DNA from: Botryllus schlosseri
Lineage: Eukaryota
DNA: 64,000 bases
Assembly: GCA_051294905.1 (NCBI GenBank)
Contig: CM119372.1
Span: forward strand, 37,016,001 to 37,080,000
Reading direction: 5' to 3'
The position numbers and the translations under genes are program-made. Numbering within the stretch: position 1 is the first letter of the stretch; every line of letters starts with the position of its first letter. The notes beneath the pieces were generated by a model. That model was not told the origin of the DNA. It was given only the letters and a program-made list of their open reading frames with translations, and searched no databases. Of the stretch, positions 13,125-26,497 are shown piece after piece.

Positions 13125-14780
13125 CACTAGAACTTAAATTCGGCCAAGATGACCTGAATCCGCAACAACCACTTGACGACCCGAACATCGCAGAAGTAAA
13201 ATTACAAAACACCACCGGGCATCCGAATGAATCAAGAACACCTAAGAATAAGGACATAGACACAGAATTAAAATTTAGGATCAAAAATCAAATCATCGAC
13301 CGAATGAACTCCACATTGGGTATAAATGACAGAAAGAAATTACCTGACCTACAAACTACAAAGAAACTGAAAACTGATATTGCAGTAGCGAACAAATTTT
13401 GACAGAAACCATACTACCTGTAATGCTAAATGAAAAACAAGAAGAAAGGCAACAATGTTCCTTAACAACAATCAGCAACCTCATTTACAGCACTGCAGCA
13501 GTTATCTCAGAAAGGCACTGCAAAATACATGTACCTGTCAAGAAAAAAAGAGGAAGTCATATGCCAGCTTGGCAACGTTTAATTGAAAACCAAATCGCAA
13601 AACTAATATGCGACGTTGCGATACTCTCAGAACTCAAAAAAGAAAATGTTTCCCATAAAATAAAAAACAACGTAAAAAGGACAGCACTGGAGCACCAAAT
13701 CAAAGTGACAATGTTGCAAGAAGAATTAAAAATGAGAATATGCGCCAAAGCACAAAGGTTGAGACGTTATAAAATACGAGAAACACAATAAAGCCAAAAC
13801 GTGTTATTTGCTCGCAAACCTGGTCATTTTTTCCAAATGATGAAACGGAAGTCAAACCACAAAATCGCAAGCAGTACAATACCAGCCACCGCAGATGTGG
13901 AATCATTGTGGAAGAAAATATGAGAAACCAAAAAATCGCACAACTCAAATGCAAATTGGATGAAAGATCTCCACGGTGACCATCTTTAAACACCAGAACA
14001 ACAATGGTCAGAAATCACAAAACAAGAAATCAAGTAGACCCTAAGATGTTCACTGAACTGGAAAGCAGCTATGGTCCTGACCAGATCGAAAACTTTTGGC
14101 TAAAAACTAACTGCAACACATAAATACCTAGCGGCAACCCACAATGAGCTATTATCCTCAACCAACTCGCACGAGATCCCAACCTGGTTCACAAAAGATA
14201 TCACTTATCTTATCCCAAAAAATGAAAACACCAGGGACCCCAAGAACTACAGGCCGATAACATGTCTGACAACCATGTATAAAACACTGACAAAAATCCT
14301 GGCAAAACGAAGCTAAACACCTATAAAACCTTCTTCCATCGCAGCAAAAAGGATGCAGGGAAGCCACCCTTGGTCGTAGCCTAAGGATCACCTGCTCCTT
14401 GACAAAACCATTCTTGAAACCTGCAACAGAAGACACACTAACCTCAGCATGGCATGGATAGACTACAAAACAGCTTTCGATTCTGTCCCTCACACATGGA
14501 TTCTGAAAATGAAAATGAATCCGATCATCAGATTCATTGAGAACTCAATGAAAAATTGGCAAACAAAACTGTTGATTAAACATGGCCAAGGTGAAAAATG
14601 AACCTGTAAAATTCACATCCGCAGTGGCATCTTTCAAGGCGACTCATTTTCGCCACTTCTATTCTGCCTCCGCTTAACTCTTCTCATGATCCACTTGAAT
14701 AAATGCTCAAAACTTACCATACGACGTGGCAGAGCCACCAGCACTGGCAACAGGAATTTCAAAATGGATGAACCATAACC
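13125..14780 (+). mobile_element. Degenerate R4/Dong-like non-LTR retrotransposon fragment
   Basis: Colinear with 49165-50730, then jumps to sequence matching ~58360. Contains RT motifs NYRPITCL and [11 protein letters not shown], many stops and frameshifts, and a deletion of the RT active-site region. Confidence 0.85.
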
Positions 14781-15100
14781 AGTGTCATGACTCGACTCGA
14801 GTCACCTTCTTCGTATCGCTTGACCTGACTCGAGTCACGTTACAAAAATGACTTAACTTGACTCGAAGTTTCAGAAAAACGGATTGACTCGCGACTCGAA
14901 GCAAAATTTACCAGTCAATTTCAATTCATCAAGTCGTCGATGTCGATTAAATCTTGTATAACTTCAAATTGTTAACGATACACTGGCGTGATCTGTGAGA
15001 GCAACCAATTACCCAATGATTGTGCGTTTGACCGAGCCTCCATTGTTATATCACAAATACATTGATCGCAAAGGAAGTTGTTGTCGTTGTTGATGGTTAA
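14780..15100. mobile_element. Left portion of a GACTC/GACTT-array MITE (family of 44711-45672)
   Basis: GACTCGACTCGAGTCA array and following sequence match ~44740-45050. Confidence 0.7.
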
Positions 15101-15545
15101 GGCTGCTGCACACTGGCTTTGCGACACGACTAAAACAGGTAATTCCCCGATCGTGTCGCGCTCACGATCGTGGTAGTTGCGTTCTGCTGCACACTGGGAC
15201 ACCGAGTCGTAACGTAGGCCTATCTGTTCTGTACCAGCTTTATGATTTCGTAACAGTATAGGTTCTTGGTTATTACTATTGAAGAGCATATCAAGATACT
15301 TCCTACACATCTGTGTTTTATATGTGTACTGACAGCATTCTGCCGATGCTCCGACTTTTGATAGGAAATACACCATGATGCCACTAACATATTATAAAAT
15401 TCGAAGACTCAGTTTATTATTTCAACTCAAGACGCAGATGCACAATATACAGTACCGATGATACAAAGAATATAAACAAGAAGGTGTGTAATAATTGAAA
15501 CTCCCTGACATAGTCCATCAATCAGATATCTTTATAATATATAGG

Positions 15546-16770
15546 CAGGCCGTGTTATTTTTGGCATATGCCAAAACTGCCAAAAATAACTTATTTTTGG
15601 CATTTTTTGATTTTTATTTTTGGCAGTTTTGGCATTGTCATCTAAATAGATAGTTTCAACCTTGAATTCGTCACAAAAACGCTTTATTTGGGCTAGTTTG
15701 TCAAAAGACACCACAAAATGTGCATGTGCAGCATCCACGTATAATCAGTGCTAACAAACAATAATAATAAGAAAAAACCTAACGATTTCATAGGTTAATA
15801 ATATCAAACGAAACCACAAAATGTGCAGTATCCATCGGAATCGGTACCAATAAGCAAAAAAAAAGAAAGAAAAGCCTAACAAACACGCTCAACAGCTGAT
15901 TGTTACAGCTGTCGAATAGACTTGAATCGTTTGCACTGTAACAGTGCTTCCAAACTCAGGTCAGCTTAGTTTCTCATATATTCATTTCTCGCCCAGCGAG
16001 TCTGGGAAATATCGGCTTCAACAGTAGCCGTTGCGGGAAAGAATGTTGCCAGTCATCCACAAAAGGTTTTCAGAGCTTCATTTAGTAGCCCGACTATCAT
16101 TTCTCCTTCGGTCATACCGATATATTTTCGGAGGACTTTTGTCACTTCAGGTGGCTTTAATATTACCAACTCGCATGGAAGAGTCCTGGGAAGGTTAGCT
16201 TGTTAAGAACATTGACGGAACAAGACTGTCTGGCAAAACGAGACTATGCAGCTCAGAAATAGCCAGACAGTTTGTTGCGTCACAATGTTCAACTCGATCA
16301 CATGCAAAAATCGTGGTTGATTTTGGGGGTTCCAGTTCCATGAGCAGAATATAATATATATTTTAATAATCAGTACGGCGGCAGCTTCTCATTGATACCC
16401 GTTTTATCAAATTTAGCGCTCGACAAGCCGGTCAAAAATGGTCGTAAAATTGCCTTTTGACAAATGGAAAGTATGACGTAAACCAAATGCACTCAGCCGT
16501 TCAATCTCGCTGTGCCCACACCATTTAGGACACCATGCTTTCACCCCTAATGGGTGGGCTGGAACCAGATTAAGAAACCTGCCTTTCACAAACGCTCTTC
16601 TCGCTCGTAACGCGGTCCTGTTAACACAACACCATGATCGAAATACACTATTTGGCAGGCCGTGTTATTTTTGGCACATGCCAAAAATTACTTATTTTTG
16701 GCATTTTCAAATTTTTATTTTTGGCAGTTTTGGCATCTGGCTCCTGAAATGCCAAAAATAACACGGCCTG
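15546..16770. mobile_element. Composite hAT-like element with a duplicated left end
   Basis: TIR CAGGCCGTGTTATTTTTGGCA at 15546 and again at 16656. Single right TIR TGCCAAAAATAACACGGCCTG ending at 16770. Perfect TSD TATATAGG flanks the outer pair. Confidence 0.8.
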
Positions 16771-17270
16771 TATATAGGCCTACTCTTCTTGGCCTACCGG
16801 TACTTTCGTAATGTCAAGCATGTCAGTGGCATTGGCTGGCTAGCGGTCATGTTCTCTGTTATTCATCTTGTATTGTGAACATATAGTAATTTAATTATCA
16901 AATATATCTTCATTTCGTTCATCCATCTTCAAGTTATCAACTTGAGGTTGAATCATTCTTTTTCTGGGCTTGTTGGATATCATACAGCGCCCTGAGTCAA
17001 TCCCAAGATAAATTACGCATCTGGTACACGAGAATGTTACATTAGGAAGTTGAACGATTAGAAAAGATTGCAACAGCACCGTCGAAATAAAAGCGCATGC
17101 TTATTTTCTACTGCGACTGAGCCCGCAACTCGCGACAAAGTTGGAATTTTTCAACTTTGTCGGCGAGCTGCGCAGCCCGCTCGCCGACGCTTTGTTGCGT
17201 AGTCTGGCGACGCGGTGTGCATGGTTTTGTCACAGACAGGCGCGATTCTCTCGTTTTGTCGTGTCGCGAG

Positions 17271-17786
17271 TAGGGCTGGGCAAAATCGAGTACCTGAGTG
17301 ATTCGATTCTGAATCACGTAATATGCTTCGAGTCGAGTCGAGTAATCGAGTATCACTCGTTATGACGTCATAATAGAATGTAATGTGTCAAAGCTCTATT
17401 ATGTACCTGTTATGCGATCTCAAAGAATGTAATGCCTGTTATCCATCACATTAAAGATACTTTGGTATTATTCGACCATACCGATTTCATTGCACTTGGT
17501 GACAATGTTGTGGGATGATCATGACTTCAGAAACATGCTATTCCCAGTAACGTTGGTAGCTTTGTACTACATGTTACGTATGGTACCATACGGACAATCA
17601 ATGTTCCAAGGCTCCAACAGTGAAAATTAGTATCGAAACTATAATTCTCGTTGATAAATAATCTTTCAGTGGCGAGAAACGTATAATTTCAGTACTCGAA
17701 AAAATCGACTTTTACTACTCGACTCGAATCATTAGAATTAATACTCGATTCAGATTCGAGTACTCGAATCATTGTGCCCAGCCCTA
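17271..17786. mobile_element. hAT MITE with CTCGA/TCGAG arrays
   Basis: TIR TAGGGCTGGGCA / TGCCCAGCCCTA. Perfect TSD GTCGCGAG. Confidence 0.9.
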
Positions 17787-18679
17787 GTCGCGAGAGCCAG
17801 TGTGCAGCAGCCTTCATTTGATTGGCGATTATAACGTAAGTGGTTTTGTTCGCAATATCCGAAAAAGCATTTAACATCTAGGGGTGAACATTATATTACA
17901 AATTTATACTCAAATGTATGGCTTCGTATCGAGAACAAATTCCACAACGTGTGGAAAAATATTCGCGTCAGTCAGCAAGTTTTACCGAGTCTCCAATGTT
18001 ATATAACAAATACATTGATCGCAAAGGCAGTGATCGGAGCATATACAATACAGCTTCCGTTGTCGCACAGTAATATATTAGCAATGAATCTCCGTTCTAT
18101 AAACTGCTCACAGTACCAACTACCCACCGTTCTTTTTAATCAACCCTATTGTATTATTTAAGTCGAACGAATATCGTTCATAATTGCATATTATATGTAT
18201 ATCGTAGAAACACGAGGACGTACACGATGTATCTTACATGTTTTCCTTCCTATCGATATTTCACACGACCCACATATAGTATCTATCACACATGTCCTAT
18301 CGTGTTTTAACTTCCTGAATAACATTTCAAGATAATATATGAGATTTTACCTATGGCATTAATAAAAAGCGTTACCAAGATATATTCCGTTATAACAATT
18401 TACTGTATAATAGATTTATATCTGTGATCTCTTTGATTGCACTCCGTACTGCATATTGTATTAGAGAATATAGAATAATGCGGCAGGGATTAATAAAAGT
18501 AGAGTGTATACTGTATATATAAAACGTATTCCAACGCAGAGGAGAATATTGTGCTTGGCAAAGTCTACAGGCGCCGGAATAATGACAGTAACTTCGCTAT
18601 GAACTCTATTATCGAGAACACTATACGTAGGTCCTTCAAACGGTACGGCTTAATCGCAACTATAATAATGCATATTTAC

Positions 18680-21600
18680 AGTAATGGTCCTGTCGAAATT
18701 GTTATCCAATGTGAGCGACCTTGCCACGATAAGCGACGTATGTGTAGAGTTTTCCCTCGCGCTTATGATACCAACATTTTGTTCCTGATCTATGGACGGT
18801 GGCCCGTTGTATTGTGCGTGACAATCCTTAACAACTCATAGATTAGTAAGAATTTCCTTTGAAATATATTATACTTATTCGTGCCAACACGAAAACCTGG
18901 TTTGGACATGAAAATAGTCATGGTGCGGACATAACTTCTACAGATCTAAAATATCAGAAGAACTAAAGAATGTAAGTTGTGACAATAGGGCGTTGCTGTT
19001 TTATTCTCATGGTGGTAGACTACCACAGTCCTTTATACCAGTTCCATAACTTTTCTCCACTTACTACCACTAACTTTCCATCTTGGCCCATACGTAACAC
19101 ACTATCTGCGCATATGGCGTGAGCCTGGATAAACCGCCAATACTTGCAGAATATAGGAATCCTGGTATGGCCTTAATATCGGTCAAACTCGAACACACGG
19201 TGCGATTGCATTGCGGCCGTTCATAAACCATTATGCATATTTGAAGGTAATATTGAGAACATTTGATTACTTATTGGAATAATGGAGTGGCGTTTGTATG
19301 ATTATAGTAACAAATTAGATTTGAAGGCGAGAAACAACGTACAACACTGCAATCACCAATCAGTGATAGTGAAAATATATTTTCATAATAGAAAAGTGTG
19401 CAACTCAGTTTCAATTCAATTGCAATTCAACCACTTTAAGTGAATATAAATCCTAAAATATCAACTTACTCGAACGTACGGTTCCCCATTACGCATACCG
19501 CCGATAATCAAATCCGCATTAGCCATGATCTTCCCGGCTCCAAATCCGATACCAACCCATCCCACAGTAGGCGCTGTAATCTGCAACGATGACGATTGAG
19601 GAATGTAAAATGAGTTTATACTGAAGCGGCGTTTGTGGACGATTTAGTGACTGCGCAGTATTTGAAACTGAATTTATATCACTGCCAACACTCATCTTGA
19701 AGGCGTTCATTCGTTATACCGTGCATTTTGAACGAAGAAAATGAACTTAACTGACTTTCATCATAGCTGTAAGCCTAAATAAGGTTATAGATTGTCGAGA
19801 CGATTTAGTACAACATTCAGCTCGCAATCGAGATGAGAACGGCCGTTCAGAGAGTGTATCAATTCCCGTATTGGTCAGTAACGAGGTAATTCCACATTTT
19901 CAGAATAAATCCAATAAGTTTTGTTCAATCGCACTACTTACGAAAGTGTTTATGTTTTTTGACTACTGCCATTTCCACTTGTACATTTTATGTTCATAGT
20001 TTAAGGTTGCCATACGTCCGAAATCTCTCGGAAATGTCCGCAATTTCACTCTAAAATCTGCGTCCGGTAGGAAATTCCAAAATATGCCTAAATGAATTTT
20101 GAAGGCTTGAAATAGGCTCAAAATTTATTCGTGAATGCACATTAGCAATTTATTTATTAAGCAGATTTATGCTATTTGAAATTTAAATTGACGCTGCTCG
20201 TGATTTAGTTCAACGTATATTGTTATTAATATGAGGACCACGCACCGCCGTCGCAAAAAAAATGGAATCAAAATCAATAAATATAACCATCATATACTGA
20301 AATAAGTCTAATGGCGATCGAAATTATAAGATAACGGTGTATTCCTAGAGTTGGTTAAGGACGTTGTTCTAAACCTACGGGTCGTTCACCTTTATTGTGG
20401 GGATCGCAAAGATGTTGGGCGTTATCAGCTTCCAGAATAAGTCGTTAGTATGGGCAGGCTGATTTTATTTAGTAATCAGCCTATCGGTTTTTGAGATGAA
20501 CCACGGGACATTTTCATATTATAATTTACCAGCCACATACACATAGTAAGCCCCTAAGAAGTTGCATCGATTATGATGGCTTCAAGATTAGGGTATTATC
20601 TTGGGCGGACAGGAGCTGGAAAAATGTTGTTTCGGGTAAGGTTACAACGCACAACCATGTAACCGCACCGACCCAACAGTGACGCAGGGCTGTCAAACAC
20701 ACGACCGTTGGGCGAAGCTATGCTCCACTCCTGTATACTATCGATAGGCAAGGCTTTGCTGATGTGACGTCATATTGACTGGCAATGTGTTCATACCTCA
20801 TTGTAAAAACCGCGCAAGTTGGTGCTGAAGACTATCCGGAATTTGAGGCACAAAAATATGGTAACCCTAGCATAGTTATTTACTTTTTCCATGTTAATTT
20901 CAAGAGTAGTTCTAATGTAAGTTTGCATCACTTCTATGAAGGTAATCGCCACAGAAACCGCGTGGAATTGCCCTGTAGAACGACAACTGAATATATTTCG
21001 GCAGGTTATACCTATATGCTGTGTCATTTGTCATTTTTCCTTAGTCGCGAAACATCGAAAGTGGCCATCTTCGCATGCTAGAAGTAAGCGACCGGTGGAC
21101 CAAGGCTACTTTTTACACGACTTATTTGATTAGTTTTTAGACTATTCATTTTCTATTTACAGGTGGAGTAGTTTTAGCATGTCTTTAGAATTCCTACTTC
21201 TACTTCTAATTGTAGAAATTATGGTAATAATTTACGTAGTATAAATTCATGGCGTTTCTTCTGCCTACGCTTGAGTGGCAGTGTTGACTAGTTTGACCGA
21301 CGTGATCAATTCACTGTCAAGACGTATGTTCTCTCGGCAAGGTGTCCTAAATTTAGTGCACACCTTGCGAACAAGGTGACCCTACCATTCAAAACATCTA
21401 AAAATAAAGCCGGATAGATGCAGAAATAACAGCCACAACAGGAATAACCAGCTTTGCCACATGGCGTGTTCACGTTCGCTAGTTGAACACTTGTTAGAAT
21501 TGAACCAAATTTGGTGTGCAGCGTGTTTTAGGGTAACCTGACAATTTTATCAGTGAATGGCTGGAATTCGGGAAAAAAGTTATTTTTGAACATCCCTACT

Positions 21601-21778
21601 GTTCATAAGTTCGTACGCTCAAACTCACCTCCATTTCGATTGCGTCGCCGTCATCCCTACATTGCAATAAAAATCCTGGACCTAATGCCCTAGCATTTGG
21701 CCACTGTTCGGACATAGCGCTGCCTGAAAGCGCCAGACAAACGACGAGTATTGAACAACACATACCTGTGACATACAT
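18680..21778 (-). CDS. DOMON-domain protein, paralog B (3 exons found, 3' exon(s) not found, possibly a pseudogene)
   Basis: Exon 21778-21629: MYVTGMCC..LLQCRDDGDAIEME. Exon 19580-19470: ITAPTVGWVGIGFGAGKIMANADLIIGGMRNGEPYVR. Exon 18826-18680: DCHAQYNGPPSIDQEQNVGIISARENSTHTSLIVARSLTLDNNFDRTIT. All introns GT-AG and phase 0. Exons 2 and 3 (111 and 147 nt) are the same size as in the plus-strand paralog. Confidence 0.85.
21489..21598. mobile_element. Solo right end of the foldback MITE family (cf. 26498-27113)
   Basis: Near-identical to ~27003-27113. Lies ~30 bp into intron 1 of paralog B. Confidence 0.8.
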
Positions 21779-22892
21779 ATAGCTCGATTGCAATCTAATG
21801 ATTAAGTCAGAACTAATCCAGCGTCAATTTGCACTGCATTGACCAACTGCGATATTATGCATTTCGATCAACTGAACATCATGAGCCTCTCGAAAATCGT
21901 TATGTTAAATTATGATAATGAATTAGGCTATTTATTACCCTCAAAATGTGGTTGCTCTAAAATGTCACGATGCAGGACGTACGATTGGCCCGAGGCCTCA
22001 GTTTACATCTACATAGTCATCTTAAATCAGCGAACGATTTCATTCCAAGTGTAGTGGCGTCGGAAATTTGAAGTATGTATAAACGAACATGGCTCTATAT
22101 TTAGGCCAATTCGAAAGTATACCGTTATTTTATTATGGATCTGCGACTGCGGTGCTGCATATGTGGAGTACACGGTTGTTCAAACCTCGTATGACTTGTG
22201 AAAAATGCCCTATAGTTTGGGGTCAAAACAAATCGGCTATGTAAATTGCGGTTGAATGATGTGCTTTTGTGATTTTTCGTTCTAAAGAATTCCGCGTCCT
22301 TGTTTTGGTGGTATTCAGCTATTTAGCTATTTATGCATTTTCAGAGCGTGCTGAACGCAAAGAGGCTTGCTTATAATTTATTGAAATTTTACACCCTTTG
22401 AAATCTTCTTTTGACACAAAGGTACAAATATATTCGTCGCATCAGGTAAACCTAATATCGACAGCGTGTTGGCGATACGACTGCGCTACTTGAGATGGTC
22501 TGGTCATCGAGTCTACCGACACCAAGTGGTTGAGTTCAAGTAAAGTAAAGACAATAAAGGAAATTTGTAGTTTGGAACAACAGTAACATAAGGAATTAAA
22601 CCAATGTCTCGTTAACAACATAATCAATCAAGTCGGTTTATTAATAATATTAGCATATACAAGCCAGTGCAATCTTGAAAGCGTAAATGTTATATCATGT
22701 TAAAATTTAAAAAAAATATATATATCACTTACACGTTTATACATATAGTACATACATAGATCTGTGTCGACAGTATTATTTATATAATACATACATATCA
22801 CATATGTCACGTTTGATAAAGGGTGGTTCTCACAAAAATAGAGGAGCTTTTTGAACGTACCAAACTGCAATAAACAATTGAATGGTATATAC

Positions 22893-23359
22893 CAGGGGTG
22901 GACAGACCTGCTTCAGGTGCGAGCCGCATTTCAAAAATCTTGGTTTCAAAAGAGCCAATACAAAAGAACTCAGAATGCAGGCTATCGAATTAGGTTTATT
23001 GCTGTCATTTTTTTGTGAGCTCTCATGACTAATTATATTTCAAGTCCATTGGTAAACTTTTAGCACAATGATTTATGACAGATTGATGACCATTGGCCAT
23101 GCACCATTGTTGCGGGTGTACTCGATTCGATTCGAGATTTCAATTGCAAAACTCAAACACTGTATTGCCATCTTCCCCCAAATTTTACAAGTGTTACGTA
23201 AGCCATAAGGAGAGAAACAACACGAAAGCAATACACATGTTGTTAATATGTGATAGAATGGATTTATTTATAATCAGGTTAAACCTTTAGCGAAACGCAT
23301 TTGAATTCATTGAAGAGCCGCAATCAAAGGTTCAAAGAGCCGTAGTTTGCCCACCGCTG
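22893..23359. mobile_element. hAT element, deleted paralog of 5092-7304
   Basis: CAGGGGTGG...TTTGCCCACCGCTG. Perfect TSD GTATATAC. Same insertion site as in copy A. Confidence 0.85.
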
Positions 23360-24555
23360 GTATATACAATTCAATACACGATGCAATTGCATATCGAAAA
23401 ATAGAAGTTATCAATTACCAAGCAGCATCGTTATCACATATCAAAATCCATTCTCATCATCTGCATGATTTTGCGAATCTTGATGGTCTCTACACGATAT
23501 ACATTATGACATAACTATAACGTTACGGCTGGTGAAAGGTCGGGGGTCGGGACTCCCTACATTTGTGTTATTGGTGGTTAGGTTAGCGTGAATTACCAAA
23601 AATTTTCTCTTTATTTTGGAGTTACGAAAGTGGTAACAGTTGATCAAAAATTTAGGTCTGTAAATTGAGATATTTCCAAGGGATTTAATCAACTCGCGAT
23701 TTCGTGAATTCGAACATATTCAATATTTCATTAAAACTGACATCTGTTATCGCGGCAAACTAACCGGTGTAACTGGCATATGGCATTTTTATTTTTATTT
23801 CATCCTTTGAATATCAGCCATATCATTTGCTGGATTGACAAGCACCTACGTCCCAGAGATGATTTAATTCGTTAGTATATTTAATATACAATTCCATATC
23901 ACTAAGAGGCAGCGATGTAAACAAATTTAAATGATACGAATACCTTATAGAATCTCTTATAGAGGGACGTGAAACACGATGATAAGATAGGCACCACTAT
24001 CACTATCATAATAAAACTGCTGGTGATAATAACTCGAATTAGTAATGAGATCGCTGTTTTGAGATCATAAGGACCGAATTTCAAGGCGTTCGTTATTTCT
24101 GGGAAAGTGGATTTGTGACCATCAGGTTATCGAAATGTTCTGACCGTTCGGCGCCACGACATCACCAATCTAGGGAACATTTATCAAGGCTGCTGTTTGC
24201 GACAGTAAAGTTTTATGCTCGCTTGGACAGATTGTGGTCACTTTACCGCATAAACATCATACATACAAAGTCATTAATTTTTTTATGCATTTGAGATTAC
24301 TGTATATTACTTTTTTCGAATTCCGGAAAATCCGAAATTTCACCAACTTTACTTGTGAATAATTCCAAATAGGCTATACTTCACTCGCATACACGGAATT
24401 AAATATCACATGAAAAGTAAAACCTTTGAAAAATGGAATACAGTTTACTATATGTAGTATATCGTTTTTTTTTTTGTTATTTGTTATTTCGATTTTTCAT
24501 CCGATTATACGAGGGTCGTTTAGTAATTTACAATAGGCGGCTGATCAGCTTCGAC

Positions 24556-24964
24556 CAGTGATGAGCGGATATTGATTTCTGAGAATCCGAATCCATCCGA
24601 AAGCTCGAGTCTCTGAGGAGGTATCCGTTCGAATCCGAACAATCTCATCCAAATATCCATGCGAATCCGAAAGATCTCGTCCAGAATCCGGAAAATCCGC
24701 AGAATCCCAATAATCCCAGCTGAGCTAAGAGACATAGGACGTAGCCTTTACAAACGCTAAGCCTAGAGTTGGCTGGTTTACATTTGCTTGGACCTTTGAC
24801 AGACCAATTTTAGGGTGCTACCAATCAAAAATCACTTCAGGTCAAAACTATACAAAAACATCGGAAACAAAATCAGCAATAGAATCTGAATCCCATCTGA
24901 CTGTCTCAAAATTGTGCAAAATCTTCTCCGAATCACATCCGAATTCGTCCGATGCTCATCACTG
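24556..24964. mobile_element. MITE with ATCCGA arrays
   Basis: TIR CAGTGATGAGC / GCTCATCACTG. TSD GCTTCGAC/GTTCCGAC. A solo related end lies at ~31945-32021. Confidence 0.8.
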
Positions 24965-25781
24965 GTTCCGACAGTTGTAGGTCCATAGAAGTGTCGGAGG
25001 TCTATCTGGGTTTCTTCTCCACTACGTCGGAGTTTTTACGGTGGCTATACAATAAAAAGGCCACCTGTTGGATGATGTATGCACAGAAAGCGAATAAGAG
25101 TGCGAAGGAGAGGTAAAAAAGAGAGGCAACCGAACAGTGTTACTTCGGGCATTAGGCCTAGCTGGGCGATTGAAAGACCGTTCTTGCTCGTTCCAACATC
25201 CTCCTCTTTGTTCATGACATCGCTTTGTGTCTTACCTGTCAATGTGTAGCATTGTCTTTCGCGGATGGAAATACTAGAACTATTTACTACGTTTATGATT
25301 TTGGTGAATGTTACAAATACATATTCGGCAGAAGTTGTGGTATACGAAGGGCATTGTTGGATGCCGGACATTCGCCTACAACGTTTGATGTGTAGCTCGA
25401 AGACTATAGTAAGCGACATGTTCAGTATTCTACACATCCTCACTGGCTATTGTCATCACCCAACAATATATCGTGCCCACTATTTGTGAATGAAAACATT
25501 TAGTGGTGCTTTTCACGTCAAAGGTTTTTTGCACCACGGCAATTGAGATATTTTGACCAGTATGATTGAAGAAATTTCCAGAATGTGATTTTTACACATT
25601 ATGAGTCAGTATAGTCAAATCTGACACTTTAATTCCCGTATAAATTCCGATTATTCGGCGATAATTTGTGGAAGTTAAAAGAGAATATAGTTGGAAAGGA
25701 ACGTCCCTTCTCTGGGAGACGCGTTGTAACTTTCTTCTTGTCTCTGTCAGATGTGACGAAGGCATAATGTAGTGTTCGATC

Positions 25782-26143
25782 TAGGGTTGCATTTAAACCA
25801 TACGGTGTTTTAAACAATTTTTTTACCAAAGGCCTTTAAAAAAAAATTTTTTTCAAGTTGTATACGTATGCCATAATTGCGTAAATACTTTCCAAAAATC
25901 ATGTTGTAGGAGGTTACGGACAATTAACACCCGATATAGCTGACGTGTATCGATATGGGATTGTTGGAACCCTCAAAATAGTCGGTTCAGTAGCAATAAT
26001 ACAGATATTTCTTCAAATGAGCCATATTTACCCTATAATTTCAATTGTCAATGTCAATCCACTATTACGTCACAATTGAATGTTCGTGACGTCATGGCTT
26101 AAAAAACATTTTGAACAATGGCCTTGTTTTAAATGCTACCCTA
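25782..26143. mobile_element. TAGGG-ended (hATm-like) MITE
   Basis: TIR TAGGGTTGCATTTAAA / TTTAAATGCTACCCTA. TSD GTTCGATC/GATCGACC. Confidence 0.7.
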
Positions 26144-26497
26144 GATCGACCGTTTCTATTCGCCACAATGTCCGCTCAACGGTGAAGTCGAGCAACCAAT
26201 GTAATGGACATGGGCGGTGTGTAGTCGAAACATTTAGGTAGCTTCGTGGTAAGACTGATGGTAGTTTCACCTCCAGGTTTGGTAAAGATTTTGTAATGTC
26301 TTTCAGCCTCCAAATCAAGATATGCCTGGTTTCAAGTAGTTTTGCATTTCTGTAAGGCGCTTTTCTTTGCATCGTCAATATGAACCGTAAAACATCATAC
26401 TCGTGCTTTTTTAAATACGCCCCTTATGAATGTCATGTAGAAGCGTATTCTAAAATATAGCTTCCCATTCAGGAGATGCTGGTGTGGACCTAGACAC

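Larger units (their letters stand above)
20972..23494. repeat. Local segmental duplication, copy B
   Basis: Direct-orientation paralog of 1332-9253 lacking the copy-A-specific LINE and MITE insertions. Confidence 0.9.

Noticed and set aside
14972..15376. 134-aa ORF (and similar 7028-7489 and 25045-25443)
   Set aside because: No recognisable domain. The first two overlap TE sequence. Consistent with chance ORFs.
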